From: Gemmatimonadales bacterium | GTDB taxonomy: Bacteria; Gemmatimonadota; Gemmatimonadetes; Gemmatimonadales; GWC2-71-9 | Length of the DNA: 45,376 nt | Assembly: GCA_031388885.1 (NCBI GenBank) | Contig: JANMSC010000095.1 | Location: 1 to 45,376, forward strand | Reading direction: 5' to 3' | In this document: positions 40,826 through 45,376 of the stretch, one piece after another | Numbering within the stretch: position 1 is the stretch's first letter | How the letters are laid out: each line of letters begins with the position of its first letter | Translations under genes and position numbers: made by a program | Notes under the pieces: generated by a model | Told to the model about the DNA's origin: nothing | Database searches by the model: none | Seen by the model: the letters and a program-made list of their open reading frames with translations, nothing else

Positions 40826-42883
40826 GTGCCCCAGCTCCGACTCGACACGCCCGTCCAGTTCCTGAAAGGTATCGGCGAGAAGCGCGCCGAGGCCTTCGCG
40901 CGCCTCGGGGTGCACACCACGCAGGACCTGCTGCTCCACCTGCCGCACCGGTATATCGACGCCTCGAGTGTCACGCCCCTGGCTGAGGCCCGGGTCGGGG
41001 ACGATGTCGCGTGTGTCGGCACGGTCACGAGCAAGGGCGTGTTGCCCACGCGGAAGGGGCTCCGAGTCTTTCACGCGGTGCTGCGCGATGCCAGTGGCGT
41101 GCTGGAGTGCGCGTGGCCGGGGCAGGCGTTCCTCGACCGCACCATCCAGGTCGGTCAACTCCTGCTCGTCGCGGGTCCGGTCCGGTTCTATCACGGCCGC
41201 CAGATGGCGCCGCGCGAGATGGTGATTCTCGGCGACGACGGCGAATCTCCCGGACGCGTCCTGCCGGTGTACCCCGCTACCGAGGGGCTCTCGCACAAGC
41301 AGATCCGGACGATCATCGACGCACACCTCGATTCGCTCATTCCACTCGTTCCAGACATCCTGCCGGATGAACTGAAGGCGCGATTCGCGCTGCCGTCGCT
41401 CGCCGAGGCGGTCCGCCTGGTCCATCGGCCGACGTCACTGACCGAAGCGGAGCAGGGGCGGCGGCGGCTGGCCATTGACGAGCTGCTCGACTTGCAACTC
41501 ATGCTGGCGCGGGCGCGTCACATCGCGCGACACGGGCAACGCGGCACCCCGTTCGTGTTGCATCGCACGCTGACCACCCAGCTACGCGAGTCGTTGCCGT
41601 GGACCCTCACACCCGACCAGAAGCAATCGGTGCGTGAGATTTTCGATGACATGACGAAGGCCGACCGGATGCACCGGCTCGTGATGGGTGATGTCGGCAC
41701 CGGCAAGACCGTCGTGGCGTTGTTCGCGATGCTGCTCGCGGTCGAAAACGGCTACCAGGCGGCGCTGATGGCACCCACCGAGTTGCTGGCGGAGCAGCAC
41801 TATCGCACGCTCGCGACGCTGCTGGCGCCGCTGGGGATCCACCCCGAGATGCTGGTTGGGCGACTCGGCGCCAGCGACAAGAAGGCGGCGCGGGCACGAC
41901 TCGCGTCGGGTGAGACCCAACTCGTGGTAGGGACTCACGCGCTGGTGCAGGAGGGCGTTGCGTTCAGCAAGCTCGGCCTGGTGGTGATCGACGAGCAGCA
42001 CCGTTTTGGGGTCGAGCAGCGTTCGGCGCTGATGCTGAAGGGCGAAGCGCCTGATGTGCTGCTGCTCACGGCGACGCCGATTCCGCGGTCGCTGGCGCTC
42101 ACGCGGTACGGCGACCTCGACATGAGTGTCCTCAAGGTGCGACCACCGGGGCGGGGTACGATTCGCACGGCGGTGCGCACGCCGACGCAGCGCGCCCGGG
42201 TGTTCGACTTCATGCACCAGACCGCGCAGGGTGGCGGACAGGTCTATATCGTGTTGCCGGTGATCGAGGAATCGGAGCGCGCCGATTTGAGGGCAGCGCA
42301 GACGATGGCGACGTCACTTGCGGCGCAGTGGCCCGACGTAGTGGTCGGCCTGGTGCACGGGCGGATCAAGCCACCGGAGCGCGAGCAGGTGATGCGCGAC
42401 TTTCGCGATGGCACGGTCGGTGTGCTGGTGGCGACCACGGTGATCGAGGTCGGCATTGACGTGCCGAACGCCACGGTGATGGTCATAGAGCATCCTGAGC
42501 GTTTTGGTCTTGCGCAGTTGCACCAGTTGCGCGGTCGGGTGGGACGCGGCACCAAGGAGTCGCACTGCATCCTGCTCACGTCGTCAGATGGCGTGCCTGA
42601 TCGGCTGCGCGCGTTCGCTGCGACCGATGACGGCTTCCAGATTGCGGAGCTTGATCTTGAGGAGCGCAGTCACGGTGATCTGCTCGGCGCTCGGCAATCG
42701 GGCGGCGTCGATTTCCGGATTGCGCGGTTTCCCGATGACACTGACTTGCTGTCGGAGGCGCGAGCGCTTGCGCGGGCGATTCTCGATACTGATCCTGGGC
42801 TCGAGCGGCGAGAGAACAAGCCGCTCAGGGAACGGGCCGTGGCGCGGTATCCGAAGGCGGATGTGCTTTTTCGTGTAGGGTGA
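40826..42883 (+). CDS. recG: ATP-dependent DNA helicase RecG
   Basis: Wedge/OB N-terminal region (LKGIGEKRAEAFARLGVHTTQDLLLHLPHRY). Helicase motifs GDVGTGKTVVA, DEQHRFG and TATPIPRS, plus QLHQLRGRVGRG. Confidence 0.93.
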   Translation: MPQLRLDTPVQFLKGIGEKRAEAFARLGVHTTQDLLLHLPHRYIDASSVTPLAEARVGDDVACVGTVTSKGVLPTRKGLRVFHAVLRDASGVLECAWPGQAFLDRTIQVGQLLLVAGPVRFYHGRQMAPREMVILGDDGESPGRVLPVYPATEGLSHKQIRTIIDAHLDSLIPLVPDILPDELKARFALPSLAEAVRLVHRPTSLTEAEQGRRRLAIDELLDLQLMLARARHIARHGQRGTPFVLHRTLTTQLRESLPWTLTPDQKQSVREIFDDMTKADRMHRLVMGDVGTGKTVVALFAMLLAVENGYQAALMAPTELLAEQHYRTLATLLAPLGIHPEMLVGRLGASDKKAARARLASGETQLVVGTHALVQEGVAFSKLGLVVIDEQHRFGVEQRSALMLKGEAPDVLLLTATPIPRSLALTRYGDLDMSVLKVRPPGRGTIRTAVRTPTQRARVFDFMHQTAQGGGQVYIVLPVIEESERADLRAAQTMATSLAAQWPDVVVGLVHGRIKPPEREQVMRDFRDGTVGVLVATTVIEVGIDVPNATVMVIEHPERFGLAQLHQLRGRVGRGTKESHCILLTSSDGVPDRLRAFAATDDGFQIAELDLEERSHGDLLGARQSGGVDFRIARFPDDTDLLSEARALARAILDTDPGLERRENKPLRERAVARYPKADVLFRVG

Positions 42884-42887
42884 GGAG

Positions 42888-42943
42888 CGAGAAGGGAGAA
42901 GGGAGAAGGGAGAAGGGAGAAGGGAGAAGGGAGAAGCGAGAGC
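42888..42943 (+). repeat. 56-nt heptamer tandem array, 8 units (CGAGAAG, 6 x GGAGAAG, CGAGAGC)
   Basis: 54/56 identical to the array at 29584-29639. It is preceded by GTAGGG-TGAGGAG, where TGA (42881-83) is the recG stop. Confidence 0.95.
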
Positions 42944-43077
42944 CGAGTGGGGCGAAGGGTCGACGCCGGTAGCGGTGCGGCGCACCGTCTCAGGAGAACG
43001 CGCTCTCGGGTCCGTGTCCTGCCCGTCCTCCCGATCGTCTCCTTCCTACGATCCTTCCTTTTTCAAGGAGACGCAGC

Positions 43078-43665
43078 ATGCGACACCGTCTGGTGCCTGC
43101 CGTCCTCGCCATCGCTGTGGCACAACTGGCTTGTTCTGACCCGATCAGCTCCGAAACAGGGCGAGCCGAAGCCCTGATCCAGGACACCCCGATTGGTGCC
43201 GCAACGGTCTCCGGCTCGCTCGCCGGCAACATTTTTGCTTCGCTCGCTGCAGACGGCACGACGTGGGTCAACTTGGGCTCTCCCAATGGCATCACGGTTT
43301 CTCTCCAGCTCGTGGGAAGCGCCTCGACCGTTCACGGGGAGGCAGACACGGACGCCGGGACCTACACGCGAGTGCGTCTGACGTTCAATGGTGTTGTCGC
43401 ACGGCTCACGGCCGGCTCCGTCGTGGGCGGGGTAACCCTTACCAGCGATGCCAACATTACTCTCGGTGGTGCTGACCAGCGGGTCGAGCTCACCGTGACG
43501 GTGCCGAGTTTTGCAGTCGAAACCAACCCGACCGTCCAGCGCACCATCGTCTTCGAACTCCGGTCCCAACTCTGGCTGACGGCCGCTGTCCTTCAGGCGG
43601 GGACCGTGCAGGACGCTGCCCTTCAGGCGGCGGTCCAAGCGACGACCCGGATCGATCCCCGGTAG
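43078..43665 (+). CDS. Hypothetical lipoprotein
   Basis: AAGGAGA lies upstream of the ATG. Signal plus lipobox MRHRLVPAVLAIAVAQLAC. The remainder is beta-rich with no confident family assignment. Confidence 0.6.
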   Translation: MRHRLVPAVLAIAVAQLACSDPISSETGRAEALIQDTPIGAATVSGSLAGNIFASLAADGTTWVNLGSPNGITVSLQLVGSASTVHGEADTDAGTYTRVRLTFNGVVARLTAGSVVGGVTLTSDANITLGGADQRVELTVTVPSFAVETNPTVQRTIVFELRSQLWLTAAVLQAGTVQDAALQAAVQATTRIDPR

Positions 43666-44016
43666 CCCGCCGTGAGCGGCTGATCTTCGTTCGGACGTGC
43701 ACTCCATTGATATGGCCTTCGCGTTCGTGCAGGTGCCCCGACAGATAGTGATAGAAGTACACCGCCCAGATACCGTCAGCATTCTCGTCGGGTCCCCAGG
43801 TGAGGTGCCGGCGTCGCGCCTCGAGCAAGAGCGCACCGATGTCCCCGGTCCATACCCGGTCTCCGTCGGCGCCCGCAGCCGGTCGGCAGGCCGTAAGGCG
43901 GCGGTCGGAATCCACCTGCCTGCGAACAGCTGCGAGCGCACATGGTGCGACCCGAAAGCGGGCGGTATCGTTCCTGCTTCGGTCGGTCGCTCCGTCATTT
44001 CCACCTGGAGTCGGGC

Positions 44017-45114
44017 ATGCGAATCATTCGTTGGACTGGGCTCACCTTCGTCCTCGTGCAGGGCTGCACCCCCAGCGAGGGAGGACAACGCACAACTCCA
44101 CTCGATCAGATGGAAAGGGTCACCCAGGCACTCGTTGCCCCGCCGCTGGTTCCCGAGCACGTGCAGGTCGCATCAGGACCGCCGCGCATTGTGCAGGTGC
44201 GGATGGAGATCGCGGAGAAACTCGTCGACATCGGTCCTGACGGTGCCAAGGTCTGGGCGATGGCGTTCAATGGGACGGTACCGGGTCCACTCATCGTGGT
44301 GCATCAGGACGACCAGGTAGAACTCACCCTGATCAATCCTGCCAGCAACACCCTCGTTCATAACATTGACTTCCATGCTGCAACCGGTGCGCTCGGTGGC
44401 GGCGAGCTGACGCAGATAGGTCCCGGACAGCAAGTGGTGCTTCGGTTCAAGGCGACGCGAACCGGCGTCTTCGTGTATCACTGCGCGCCGGGTGGGCCGA
44501 TGATTCCGTTCCATGTGGTGTCCGGCATGAACGGGGCGATCATGGTCCTGCCCCGGGACGGCCTGCACGACGCCGAGGGCAAGCCGGTCAGCTACGACCG
44601 CGCCTACTATGTCGGCGAACAGGATTACTACCTGCCCCGCGACGCCAAGGGAGCGTACAAGCAATACGCGGTCCCTGGTGCCGGGATGGCCGACATGATC
44701 GAAGTGATGAAGCGTTTGACCCCCACCCACGTTGTGTTTAACGGGGCGGTCGGCGCGCTGACCGGCGCCAACGCATTGACGGCGAAGGTCGGCGAGCGCG
44801 TGCTGTTCATTCACTCGCAGGCGAACCGGGACACCCGGCCCCACCTGATCGGCGGGCACGCAGACCTCTTTTGGCGGGGCGGTTCCTTCTCCGATCGGCC
44901 GGCGACGAATCTCGAAACCTGGTTCGTCGAAGGCGGTTCGGGTGCAGCAATGATGTACAAGTTTCTCCAGCCGGGGTTGTACGTCTACCTCAATCACAAC
45001 CTGATCGAGGCGGTGCTCCTTGGTGCGGCTGCCCACGTGAAGGTGGACGGCGGCGAATGGAACAAGGAGTTGATGGAGCAGGTTGCCAAACCCGGGATGA
45101 TCGCGGCCCCATGA
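44017..45114 (+). CDS. nirK: Copper-containing nitrite reductase NirK, probable lipoprotein
   Basis: Cu-ligand motifs [15 protein letters not shown] and [20 protein letters not shown]. The ATG at 44017 follows GGAG. N-terminus [17 protein letters not shown] (lipobox). Confidence 0.92.
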   Translation: MRIIRWTGLTFVLVQGCTPSEGGQRTTPLDQMERVTQALVAPPLVPEHVQVASGPPRIVQVRMEIAEKLVDIGPDGAKVWAMAFNGTVPGPLIVVHQDDQVELTLINPASNTLVHNIDFHAATGALGGGELTQIGPGQQVVLRFKATRTGVFVYHCAPGGPMIPFHVVSGMNGAIMVLPRDGLHDAEGKPVSYDRAYYVGEQDYYLPRDAKGAYKQYAVPGAGMADMIEVMKRLTPTHVVFNGAVGALTGANALTAKVGERVLFIHSQANRDTRPHLIGGHADLFWRGGSFSDRPATNLETWFVEGGSGAAMMYKFLQPGLYVYLNHNLIEAVLLGAAAHVKVDGGEWNKELMEQVAKPGMIAAP

Positions 45115-45240
45115 CCGGAGCACGGCTGCTCGCCGGGGCGTGTCTGGACGGCGCCGCAAGGAAACTGCGTTGAGGTGCCGACGCACGGTGAGCGTGTTGG
45201 TGGAGTACGACAAGCTGGCAGGTATGTGCCGGCTAACAAC

Positions 45241-45277
45241 AGCATGCAGCTGACGGCGCTTCGCGCCGCAGCTGATG
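45241..45277 (+). other. Stem-loop downstream of nirK (possible transcript 3'-end structure)
   Basis: GCAT-g-CAGCTG-a-CGGCGC TTC GCGCCG CAGCTG ATGC gives 16 bp with two single-base bulges. No U-tract follows. Confidence 0.35.
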
Positions 45278-45322
45278 CTGGGCGTTCGGCCGCAACGAAT
45301 AGCCCGAGAGAACGGATACGGA

Positions 45323-45376
45323 CATGAGCAAGTATAGGAGTGCGTTACCTCAGCTCGGCCGCGATTTCTTCATGAC
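45323..45376 (+). CDS. 5' end of a probable homocysteine S-methyltransferase family gene (runs off the window)
   Basis: MSKYRSALPQLGRDFFM resembles the conserved N-terminus (..LPQL...FLTDGG..) of that family. Only 18 codons are visible and local GC is visibly lower. Confidence 0.35.

Noticed and set aside
43490-43915. 141-aa minus-strand ORF between the lipoprotein gene and nirK, containing ...YFYHYLSGHLHEREGH..., which is faintly reminiscent of the GHxH motif of metallophosphoesterases.
   Set aside because: Its 3' half overlaps the lipoprotein gene by ~175 nt and reads as low-complexity Arg/Pro/Ser. Only one weak motif is present. At best it is a decayed remnant, and I cannot support it as a gene.

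Overview
Very GC-rich bacterial chromosomal segment with almost all genes on the + strand. Third codon positions are nearly all G/C. Gene content resembles a Gemmatimonadota- or Acidobacteriota-like diderm, but the taxon cannot be verified from here. There are three blocks. (i) nt 1-10855 is a tightly coupled ~12-gene operon. It starts with cheA (3' part) and cheC, then runs through TPR proteins, two DUF4388/PATAN-like proteins, three Roadblock/LC7 modules and an MglA-family small GTPase whose catalytic positions look non-canonical. It also encodes an unusual ~655-aa protein built from two complete DnaA/Hda-type AAA+ modules with no DNA-binding domain IV. This is my best candidate for an undescribed system. 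(ii) tRNA-Val(TAC) and tRNA-Asp(GTC) bracket a secreted TPR protein, followed by a dcw division/cell-wall cluster (rsmH-ftsL-ftsI-murE-murF-mraY-murD-ftsW-murG ... murC-ftsQ-ftsA-ftsZ-M23 peptidase). The cluster lacks mraZ, murB and ddl, and a ~5.9 kb mixed-strand insert splits it between murG and murC. (iii) Housekeeping and accessory genes follow: a VWA-like membrane protein, ftsY, an SSS transporter, recG, lipoproteins and nirK. Five sites directly abutting stop codons carry heptanucleotide tandem arrays of two families (GGAGAAG and GATGATC). These include two 56-nt arrays that are 54/56 identical and a perfect 36-nt palindrome. I saw no CRISPR array, transposase, integrase or rRNA. All functional calls rest on motif recognition by eye in the supplied translations; no searches were run.
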